Source: Phoronis australis (Eukaryota; Animalia; Phoronida). From it: 64,000 bases of DNA. A model generated the notes under the pieces. That model was not told where the DNA came from. It saw only the letters and a list, made by a program, of their open reading frames with translations, and ran no database searches. The translations under genes and the position numbers were made by a program. Shown here piece after piece: positions 38,801 to 50,800 of the stretch (positions within the stretch are counted from its first letter, which is position 1; each line of letters begins with the position of its first letter). The stretch is from positions 141,411 through 205,410 of the forward strand of contig NMRA01000323.1 of assembly GCA_002633005.1 (NCBI GenBank). Reading direction: 5' to 3'.

Positions 38801-41800
38801 TCATTCTGCCACGAGAGACGTCGTAACATTAATCAAGAGCATCCTATTCTATCGTAAGAACCCGCTCCATTTCCATTTCATCTCCGACATCGCTGCCCAG
38901 ACCAGCTTACAGACATTATTTAAGACTTGGGACCTGTCTGGGGTCGAGGTCAGTTTCTACAGTGCCCAAGAGGTGGAGCCAGATGTATCGTGGATCCCCA
39001 ATAAGCACTACTCTGGTGTCTATGGTCTCATGAAGCTAACGCTGCCAAAAATCATGCCTCCGGACATGGAGAAGGTGCGTTGCTATGGAAATTGCTGTAA
39101 CTAGTATGCAATTTTACAAAAAGTTTGACAATTTTCCACGAAACTGACAAATTGTAATGCTTCAGTGGAAAAAAACAAAAGGACAGTAGATGAAAAATAT
39201 CAAGTTCAACGATTTTTTTACTCCAAAATTTCACCTATTTAATAAGAAGAAAAACAGGAGTAATTTTTTTAAAAACTGTTGTTTGTATGGTTGTGTTTTA
39301 CTTTAGAATCATCACGAAGTTTTTCAGAACTTTATGTCATCATTTTGTTGAGATGCTTTGATGTGTCAAAAAACAACACATTGACAATTCAGACAGTATT
39401 TGTGATACTTCTTTCAAAGCTTCCAATGCTAATAGTTAAAGTTGCACTTCGCCCAGTGAAGGTGTATAATAGATAGGAAATACAGCCACATCAAATCGTG
39501 TCACCTCGCGGTGATAGGATTCTCTGTTTCCGTCACCAACTAGAGCGTGGCTCAGGAAAATTCTTCGGAGCTTTTTGGAGCTGGCCAACCCTAAAAGTAC
39601 GTAAATGGTGCATGTACGCATTGCCTGTGACTTGATCTGGTTACGGAAATGGAATTTTATCGCGGTAAGGAATATACGTGATTGATGAGTAAATGGCCTA
39701 ATTGGATTTTTATTTTTTAACCAGCTAAACGAGGCGAAATACAGCTTTGACTTTGAGTACTCAGTAACGCCCTCTCCTGAGTAAAGAGCTTGTAGGCAGA
39801 AACATGTTTGATAAAGCACCTTTATGCGGTCTTTTCCCAAAAAGTACCCTGGTGCTATGGTCAATTTTCAACGTGACCTAGACATCATGTACTAGGGAAT
39901 TTACCCATCGAGCTCAAGAGCAAAGCAGGTTGAAACCCACAGTCGACATGGATGGACAGCAACATTTACTAGTTGAATGCTTCTGTGTGATATGCAGCAG
40001 TGCTCTTTTGTTCCAAACAGTGAAACATTCTTGTTTTAGGTGTATTAGTTTTCATTTCGTTCCCCGTCTCTCCACAGGTGATAGTTCTGGATACAGATAT
40101 CATTTTTGCCTCAGACATTGCTAGTCTGTGGAAGATCTTCAACAGCTTCCAGACGCGACAGGCCATAGGACTTGTTGAGAATCAAAGCGACTGGTACTTG
40201 GGCAAACTGTGGAAAAACCACCGACCTTGGCCTGCCTTGGTGAGTTGGGCGGGCGGTTACTATGGAAGTATCTGTACCTTGTATGCTATGGTGTTTAATT
40301 AACCGTTGTTTGAGAATATTTTTGAAGTTGCCGATTGTACAGTACAAGACACAAGTAATCAGACAAGATACTGTACCCCGTTTTGATAGCTAATTCTGCC
40401 AACCGCAAAAATGTCAGCTAACAAGTGGGGGGTGGGGCAAAATTCTTGTTACAGAATGGTTTAGCCGCTTTATTAGCTTTTCTGTCCATTCCCCTTCATT
40501 CTCGGTCGTATAGAAAGGCAACTCTGACTATGAATTCAGCTTTTGCCAAGCCGTCATGACGGGAATTCCGGGTCATTTTTTCTTAACACTTTCGTCCTGT
40601 ACTGTGTTTGTTTTGTTACCCTACTCGATACCTCCTTGAACTGTATGCATTTGAAACTCAGGGTCGTGGATTTAACACTGGCGTGATACTAGCTGACTTG
40701 CAGAAACTGCGCAGCCTCGATTGGATGCAACTATGGCGAGAAGTGGCAGAGAAGTACCTCATCACCATGTCGACCACCGCTCTGGCGGATCAGGTCCGAG
40801 TGCACCCGCGCATGACATTGTATCACCCAATGAAACATGCACTGTGTCCCAGTGAACTGTCGTCTGAGCTTGTGATCTATTAATTGGTTTCAATTCAACC
40901 TGATCTGAGATTTCTTTTTGTAAGGCACACTCCTCCATTTGGGACAATGGAGATAAAGAGATATTTGCATGTCGATTTGTAAAAGTACTTTCAATTGGTC
41001 TTAATGTCTGAATTTTGTCACGATGAATATTGAATGAAAATCTAGTCTCATGCTTAAAGAACAGTTTACTGGGAAAACAGTGTGCAATAAAGGGGTTTAC
41101 TCTGTCTTTGTCTGACATATACTCTGTGTATGCAAATTTGAGTCGTGCATTCTATAGTCGACTTACTGAGACGTTAGGTGTCAGTTGCAACATTTTAAAA
41201 GCATGTATTACGGTAATGGTTCTACAGTTTGGGACAGTCTCTAAAATTTGGGACACCACAATTCAAGCTAAAATTGAATTTTGCTGACGATGAAAAGTGG
41301 GACATGGATGATTTAAATTTGTGCTTCCCCATAGTGAGTATCATTGCGGTGAATGAGCGGTTTGTTATAGACTGTCGAATTTGGCACAGCCAATATTGCC
41401 TATTTCTAGAATTTGGTGCAAGCTCCAACCCTGAGCAAAATAATTTATTTTCCACTGTCCCGAACTAGAAAATTTTTACCGTAGGTCTTGCATGAAACTA
41501 ACGTCGATGAAATCACCACAAAAGAGATAGGAGTAAACCACACTATTGCTATGTTTGTGCACATGCTAATTAATTGACTACCGTGCAGGAATAGCCTTGT
41601 CACTAACCGCCTGTTATGTGTTTTTTTTTGCATGCAGGGTAGGGGTTATAACACCGGTGTGATCCTGGCGCACCTCAGCAAGCTGCGCCGTCTCAACTGG
41701 ATGCAAATGTGGCGTGAGGTTGCCGAGCGGGAACTCATGACCATGTTGTCGACGTCGTTAGCAGATCAGGTGCAAGTTTTTACCAACGCTTCTTGAGGAT

Positions 41801-44800
41801 CGATTTTTTATGGATAGGTGGAAATGTCACGTGTAATGCATTACAGAACCCTTGTTTTCTGGATGGTGTGCAGTGAGCCGGGATATTGTGTTCTGGTCAT
41901 CGCCTGCTAGTGCATTAAATGGCCTCTGATTTCGCGCCAAAATAATTGCCAAAATTGTCATATTTTTCCAGTTTTCAATGGCTGATTACCTTGCCAAATA
42001 TTGTTTTGTGACATCTTCACAGACGCGCAAATGAAGCTAGCGTATTGCTAAACATTTTTTTAATCATTATTTTTGTTGCGGAAAATCCCTACTAAAATAA
42101 TCAAAATTCACCCGTGCGCCATATTGTGTGCTATGTAGGTGAAAAATTCCTGTAACTTATGTTCAGACCTGTCTTGAGCCTTCGAACTATATTAAACAAA
42201 ATGCGTGATCACCGACGCCCATGTCTTCCGTACTTATTTGCGAAGCAACTCAATAGTTAAAATGTCACATGGCATTCTAGCTGTGCCTTGGAGTAGTTTT
42301 GTTGAGTGTAGGCCCAAACTACGGAATGGGTGCAAATCTCATAAGTCTGTGCTCTGAGAAGCACATAGAGCGGTATTTGTCTATTCGGAAAAAGGTCTAG
42401 AACTTACGTTTTCTATCATAAGGAACTCCTCTTGGGTAAGAAATACAGGAAATTAGTTTATGGAAATTTAATTTATGGCCAACTCATAAAATAGTAATCC
42501 AGAATATTTCTAGCCGTCTTCATTTCTTCCATGTTCTGAAAAGACGTTTTAAAAATATTTTGTTAATTAAATGGAGACTGCGCACATTTTCACTGGCCCA
42601 TAAAGTTGCAACTTTGAACAAAGTTTGAAACAGTTTATCTCGCCAAAATGCAGCCTACGAGCTCAGTCTGGCACATAACATACGGTACATTAATTTGTGG
42701 AAACGGGTCTGTAAGTTCATCTTGTTTTAGAGTTTGATATTAAGTACTTCTTCCAATTAATTCAAAATCCCTACAAAACAGAAGACTCATTTAAATACTT
42801 AGTGCATATTTTGGTAATACTTCAAGTATGTACGGCACAATAGGGCTGACAAGATTAGTGAAAATTTCTTTGTCAAATTTCTCGACAAAAGTAAAGATTT
42901 TAAAAATTTCAATCTATTTTTGGCTTTGTTCTGTTTCAGTTGTGTACAGTTAGGACAATTTAGGTAATTATGTTTGTGCAAAAGAAGAACGTAACATCTT
43001 GATCGTTTATTCAGTCCCTTTGAAATGTTCTCTGGGGGAAAAAGTACTGTAACAGCTAAAATATATTTGGACCAGTCAAAATTTGCTTGGAATAGTTAAA
43101 CATTTGAAAGGTGAAAAAGTTAAACCTTTCTTTTTTATACATTTATTGGCAATGAGAAAACATTTACAACAACACAGAAAGACAAGAACACCACAGATAT
43201 GTACAAACAAACACACGCGTGCCCCACAACCAATCCTCTTGACTACTAAGAAAAACCATTTCAAAGTTACACCATTTTTTTTACAAATTCTGAATTAAAC
43301 TTTTCGCCGTTGTTCATCCCCAGCTCTCATCAAAAAGCAAATCTGTTCACCACGATATTAACTTTTATCAGAAAAACACTTTGTTAATGTCTCCAAGGTT
43401 TCATTTAACGTAAATTGTTTTGGTTAATCCATCATTAGCTACTATCACTTGGCTTGGGAATAATCTAACGTCCACAGAAGTTGATTAATGATGTTGTTTC
43501 CACACTAATTGGATTTATTTTTTGAACTTGTATAACTGTGGTTTGCTCAAGCGCTAATTCTTACGAGGGAATGGCTGGAGAATATCTGATTGTTCTGTTA
43601 TTGGATTAAAACTCCTGCATAATAATCTTTAATGCCAAACGTTGTGAGAAACATCTTTAATTTAAATTTGCAGGCTTTAACGGAAAACTGGAAGTAAAGT
43701 TCAGTCAGCATTAATTTTTAAATATGGCTGCCAGTTTGTTTTGTCATGTACATTTCTGCAGTTCATCATCTGTTGGTTCAGTGATGTAGTAAAGCTGCTA
43801 TAAACTCATATTCTGGTGTTAAAAACATCAACTTTCTTCTGAAGCAGCATCATTACGTTCTTGTCCTTCGTTTGAATTGAAACCGGTTACCTCGACTCAT
43901 CTGGAATTCCCTTGACGCCAGCGTTGCCTTGGCGACTGAAACTAACCCGCTGCGACAAATAATTTTATGGATTTGGTCTGAAGCTTTTACGACCTGCTAG
44001 TTCTCAAGCCTGGTTTACAAATTTTTGTTGTCGTAGCCTAAATCAAGGTTGGATTTTGACTGAAAGCACGTGTATTGAAATGGGATATCACGCATGTGAG
44101 TCTGCTCACTAACAGCTGTTAATTAGTATGTTCTTGAATGCCAGTACACTGCTTGGTTTTTGCATTTAAAAAATAATTTCAGGTGGTCTGATACACGTTG
44201 CACCAGACCTGCGCAGACCGCTCAAATGGGCACATTGCACTGATGACCTGGAACCATTTTTATGCTTTATTGAATTAAATATAGTTGAAACTAAGCTGAG
44301 GAAATAGACCTGACCTGGAGTAAATGAAGTGGACTTCAGGCAGTAGTTACCACGTAGTTAAATCAGCTGGTACTTCACGTGTTTGATATTGGGTCTAGAT
44401 TAAAGCGGTCAGCAGCCATTAAATTTTTATAGTTATTACCTTCAGATAAATGTTGAGTTTAGTTTGACAAAATCGATGGTAGTTGTTGTAAAGCCNACTT
44501 GGCTTGGGAATAATCTAACGTCCACAGAAGTTGATTAATGATGTTGTTTCCACACTAATTGGATTTATTTTTTGAACTTGTATAACTGTGGTTTGCTCAA
44601 GCACTAATTCTTACGAGGGAATGGCTGGAGAATATCTGATTGTTTTGTTATTGGATTAAAACTCCTGCATAATTATCTTTAATGCCGAACGTTGTGAGAA
44701 ACATTCTTTAAATTAAAATTTGCAGGCTTTAACGGAAAACTGGAAGTAAAGTTCAGTCAGCATTAATTTTTAAATATGGCTGCCAGTTTGTTTTGTCATT

Positions 44801-47800
44801 TCCATTTCTGCAGTTCATCATCTGTTGGTTCAGTAATATAGTAAAGCTGCTATAAACTCATATTCTGGTGTTAAAAACATCAACTTTCTTCTGAAGCAGC
44901 ATCATTACGTTCTTGTCCTTCGTTTGAATTGAAACCGGTTACCTCGAATCATCTGGAATTCCCTTGACGCCAGCGTTGCTTTGGCGACTGAAACTAACCC
45001 GCTGCGACAAATAATTTTATGGATTTGGTCTGAAGCTTTTACGACCTGCTAGTTCTCAAGCCTGGTTTACAAATTTTTGTTGTCGTAGCCTAAATCAAGG
45101 TTGGATTTTGACTGAAAGCACGTGTATTGAAATGGGATATCACGCATGTGAGTCTGCTCACTAACAGCTGTTAATTAGTATGTTCTTGAATGCCAGTACA
45201 CTGCTTGGTTTTTGCATTTAAAAAATAATTTCAGGTGGTCTGATACACGTTGCACCAGACCTGCGCAGACCGCTCAAATGGGCACATTGCACTGATGACC
45301 TGGAACCATTTTTATGCTTTATTGAATTAAATATAGTTGAAACTAAGCTGAGGAAATAGACCTGACCTGGAGTAAATGAAGTGGACTTCAGGCAGTAGTT
45401 ACCACGTAGTTAAATCAGCTGGTACTTCACGTGTTTGATATTGGGTCTAGATTAAAGCGGTCAGCAGCCATTAAATTTTTATAGTTATTACCTTCAGATA
45501 AATGTTGAGTTTAGTTTGACAAAATCGATGGTAGTTGTTGTAAAGCCTTTGCAGAATGCAAGTAATATATTTTCTTGTTTGCTTTGTTCGATATAGCCTT
45601 TATATTTACAAATTGATATACAGAAAATGTAACAGAGTACTAGTTAGAAGTTAAAGCTATAGAGATCACGTCATGCTTTTTGAGATGTATTTGTTCCTTG
45701 CGATGTATTTTGTTGCTGTTTTTTATATGTCGAGTTACTGTTGTTAAACAGGCCATGAATCCAATGTACTTCATCAATTCCTTCTACAACAGTATTGTAT
45801 TCGCTGCTGCAAGCTTAGTTTATTTGAAGCCACCTTAAACCATAGTCTGGTGTTAAAAACGGCATTTTTCCCAGCCATATTTGCTGTTCCAAGGCAACAT
45901 TATTGCATACGTATCCTTGATTTAATTTGAATTGATGGCTGTATAAAATAGCGTGGATTTCCTCTGGTGTCCATACTGCCTAGCCGGCTGCAACACAAGT
46001 CCACTGTAATAAGCACCTTAATGGCTCTTGTCTGAAGTGTTGATGCTTTGTCAGTATTTCTCAAGCCTAGAAATTGTTTCCAATTATGAGTAATAAGGAA
46101 CAATTTCAGACGGGTTTTATAACATTAAGTGACCTAGATCAAACTTTGGCCTTTTGTTCAGAAGGTGTGGGATTAATGCACCTTTAAAACAGCACCTTAA
46201 GCAGTAGTTCTGTGCTAGCAGGTACCGATATTGACTTGATATACGGACCGTTGAATGGATATTTAATTATGTGATTTTTTTCATAACTCACTGGTGCTTA
46301 GATGCTCTGCACTGTTCACAGTAACTGCCATGAAAAATCAATATTAATTTTATTTCAGGATATATTCAATGCCTTACTAAAGCAGAACCCATCGTTACTG
46401 CACCGACTGCCTTGTGAGTGGAATGTACAGCTGAGTGAGAATACACGTAGTGAGCAGTGCTACACTGAAGTGCAAGACCTTAAGGTGGGTGTCAGGCTCA
46501 CGAGTCCTGCAGCGTTTGGCTTCCTAGAGATCAAAGTGCTGGATTATTTTCATTTCCACACTCTGTTGTACTCCATGTGATCTGGAGTAAACTGTCATTT
46601 TGTTATACACAACATATAAGATTTTTTAGAAAAATCCTTAAAGTCCTATTTCTAATAGTCCCTTATGTAAAAGTGGAGGACTTTAAAAACAAATCTTAAC
46701 ACTGATCTGGTGAATAGTGCAGAAAACCTAGAAACTGAAAGTTTAATGATCAGCCATTTTTGGAATATGATGTTCTCCAGTTATCCAAATTTGGACATTT
46801 TTCAAAGGTCCTGTATAACATTAATTCATTTCACAACTGTGGTGCAGTTTGATACCTGCATGCTACTCGTATGACTCAGATTCAATTCGTAGATTTATCG
46901 AGACGTTCATTCTTTCCCGTTCCAATAGACATGAGTTTCTTAAGTTTGCATTTTGTCTTTGGAATGCTAGCTAAGGGCCTTTCCATACCAGAAAGAGTCG
47001 GACAGTGTGAATCAAGCATAAATAGACACTGTGAAGCAAGCATCATAAATAGACACTGTGAACCAAACATAAATAGACACTGTGAACCAAGCATAAATAG
47101 ACAGTGTGAACCAAGCATAAAGAGACAGTGTGAACCAAGCATAAATAGACACTGTGAACCAAGCGTAAATAGACACTGTGAACCAAGCATAAATAGACAG
47201 TCTGAACCAAGCATAAATAGACAGTGTGAACCAAGCATAAATAGACAGTGTACAGTCGTTGGTTTTGTAACTCAAGTTGTGTTTTTGGCCAAGGTTGCTC
47301 ATTTCCACTTGTTACTAGTCTAGTACTTATCAGAAACTTGAAGAGCCCTCTTTTCTGGCTCGTGATTGGTGATAGAAGTGAAGACTGGCCCTCCTAACAG
47401 AGGCACAGATTGGTCTCTTCATCACAGTAAATGTCTTTTAGTTTAACTCCATGTTGATTTTCACTGGGTAACAGCTACACATTTATTATCTCACAGTGCG
47501 CATATACTGCGCTGGTGTTAGGTCATAGCAAATCCCCTCCACTGATCCAACACCTGTCAGGCTAATCAACTCATGTGACTTTCCAAATAAGGAAGTCAAT
47601 ACAGTCAGGAAATTGACTGTATTTCTGTCTTGCACGAAGCCGACTTCGCGCTGGAGATCAGAACAAGGCTACACTCATCCCCAACCCGTGTTGTCTAGAT
47701 GTTTAAACAGACTTGGACTCAGAGTTTGACGTGACAATGCCCTTAACAGAATAAAGCACACCCTCAAATTGTGATGAAGTTCTTCAGTAACTTAATAAGC

Positions 47801-50800
47801 TATGACTTATTTCCTGGAATTTTTCATGTCCCCGAATGCTTGGGCTGAAAAAGTTTTAATTTACCTCAATCTTGGCATTTGGACTTGGCTGAAACCTGCG
47901 TGAAGCCTGCATTGTTAGCTCTTGTTTAGGTAATTTGGTAATGCTATATTTCTTAAAACCTGTTTATTATAATTTCAGATCATTCACTGGAATTCACCTC
48001 AGAAATTGAAAGTGAAAAATAAGCACGTAGGCTACTTCCGAAATCTCTACCTCACTTTCCTGGAATATGATGGTAATCTACTGAAACAGGAACTGTTTGG
48101 GTGCAATAGGGGGCGCAATAATCAATATCAAGACAAGGTAGGTGGTTGGTTGTTGTCACTTCAGAGATCTCCTGACGGTGCGGTTGTTTGATTTTTTGTT
48201 TTAGACACATTTGTGCAAGGAAATGCATAATGAATTCTATGGTTTAAAAAAATTGATCTGGTCTTGTGTCTTGACAAAAGTTATATTGGGTGTCTGGTAT
48301 TTTGTGAGCAATGTTTTGAATGGCCTGCAAAGCATAGTTACTCATTCGTTGCTTTGCATTTTTCTAATTCAATCTGCCTTTTAAAACAAAGTATAGTCAA
48401 GAAAGGTTGTGTTTTATATGCTCTGTGGCATTGTTAAAAGTCTATACAGCTTTGTTTGACTATCGTTTTGGTGCTTCTTAGCCACACTGTTGTTTCAGTG
48501 GTTAGTGTAGTTGGTGACCCTGGCTTAAGCCCACTGCAGACTATGAGCTATTATGTGCTTAACTTAAGGAGTCAAATGCCAATTTGATTACAGAGCTCGC
48601 TTATCTCAATGCGGTAATTCGCAACAGCGAAGAAAGTACTCAGTGGCGGATGTGAATTGGGCTATTTCATCCAATTATGGTCCAATTTTCATATGTTGAA
48701 TTAAAATGAAGAGTATTACATGATTTGTCTATGATGCCCATTGTGTCAATTCTGACAGGGACGCTTATTATCTAATCCATTAGCTTAGTTCTCCATCAGT
48801 GAGAATTTGGGCTCTGATGGAGCTAAAGAAATTCAGCAAACTGGATTATTCTTCTCACCACATAGCGAAGCAAAAACCGTGAAGATCCTTTTTGTTTCTT
48901 GCAAATTGCCATTTGAGTAGAGCAAGCACTTGGCTCATGTGTGCGGTGTACTTCATGATCATCTGTATTATAATTGGCTGGTTTCGTTTTATCACATCCT
49001 TTATTTTGCAGTTGAATGAGCTTCAGGAGGATGACGAGTGCTACGACTTCCGTCGGGAGCACGTCCTCGTTCACCGCACACATCTCTACTACATCGACTA
49101 CAGCTACACAGCGACCACGGACGATGTCACCCTAGTAGCCCAACTCTCTATGGACAGGCTCCAGATGTTGGAGACTTTGTGTGCGCACTGGGCAGGGCCC
49201 ATGTCGTTAGCACTGTACATGTCCGATGCCGAGGCGCAACAGTTCTTGCGATACGCTCAGGGCTCTCAGACGTTAATGAAGAGAAAAAATATTGGCTACC
49301 ATGTTGTGTATAAGGACGGGGTGGGTATTAGTTCATCTAATTACTAGATTGTTATACCGCTGTTTCGTAGTTGTGTCCGCATGCTTGCCAGGCTAGGGCT
49401 GCTTACGTTGATGGTGACTGTAATTAATAATAGGTTTTCATTTCAACAGCGTGTCTGTTTCACTGTTGTTTGATTACTGCCAGCACTACTACGTTTCTCA
49501 CGGTAGAAATAATTTCACGACCCGGTTTTCAATTGCTGTCCCTCAGTCCATGGGACCTGATGTGGCCCTCGGGGTCGGTTCATATTTGTAACCTCTCAAA
49601 CCTTGTTTTCACTTTGCTTGCAGCAATTTTACCCTGTCAACTACTTAAGGAATGTGGCCCTGCGGCAGGTGACCACGCCCTATGTGTTCCTGTGTGNATA
49701 TAGACTTCCTACCTATGTATGAATTGTACGAGTACCTGAAGAAAGCCGTCTCGATGATGGATATGTCGAGCAAAAAGGTGAGTGGGTCCGCAGACTATAG
49801 TTCACGGACTGTCAACTCTGTGCTATGTTCCCAATGCAATAGATGTGTGATCTCGCACACAACAGGGCTTGGAATTTTCCGCGGAAACGCGGATTTCCGC
49901 TTTTTTCAAATGTTCTGTCCGCGCATTTTATTATATTTCCGCGTAAAAAAATCGGATTTGATATAAAATTTCCGCGGCAAATTCCTTTCTTACCGCGGCG
50001 TTGCAGACGACGTTCACCTCGAAAAGCGGAAGTTGCTCTTTATGTTTCGGAGGAACGTAAATTGTCGACATTGCCGGGGCATCTGGGATAGCGCGGTGGG
50101 ATTTTCAATGGCGTCTCGTGTTATTGTAAACCGCGGGCGGTAAAAGTTTCCGCATTTTTTGTCATTGGTCATTCCAAGCCCTGACACAAGCCATAACCAG
50201 CAATACTATTATGGGTTTACTATTGGAAAAGTGTCGCGCCTGCTCTGGAAATTTCAGAGGAAAGTATCGGAGTTGCAAATCTGTTATTAAATAAATGATC
50301 TACAATGGGCTGTTTCAGCTTTTTACACTATTTTAATTATGTGAAGCATTACATGCTTTTTGGTCTCTTATTAAATAGGTAAGTAAGATATGAATTTGAT
50401 GTAAATTTACCTTGCGTTGCATGCCGTTCCTGCACCCTAGACCCCAAATGAAGGAGGCTGGTCTTGTTCAGTTGTATTCACTGTTTTATGCTCTATAGTT
50501 TCCAATTGATTTGAATCGGTCTGAGTGACCGATTGGTTCTTACGTCGTGGTTTTTTCTTATCCAGGCTCTGGTTGTACCCGCTTTTGAGACCCAGCGCTA
50601 CCGTCTGACCTTTCCCAAGTCTAAGGTCGACCTTCTCTCCATGCTGGACATGGGAACATTATTTACATTCAGGTAAATACCATGCATCTTACTGAAGTGT
50701 AATGTTAAATCATATGTTACTTTCATTCAAGTGAATAACGTATCACCAGTTGAAGTGTAATGTTGAGATGTTATTTACATTTAGGTCTTTACCATACTGC

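Noticed and set aside
40662-41769. Exon duplication as an assembly or haplotype artefact
   Set aside because: No N nearby, flanking introns are unrelated, and synonymous divergence is high, unlike the near-identical N-flanked duplications.
46871-47323. ORFs with repeated CEPSINRH/Q peptides
   Set aside because: By-product of a 24-bp minisatellite that is open in several frames on both strands; no suitable splice sites or homology.
49624-49777. LARGE as a frameshifted pseudogene
   Set aside because: The only disruption is a placeholder N; all other exons are intact and in phase.
50659-50795. Degenerate repeat of the exon 11 3' end (ttatttacatttaggtc) as a second alternative exon
   Set aside because: Only about 15-25 nt are similar, with no acceptor or coding continuity; a small local duplication.
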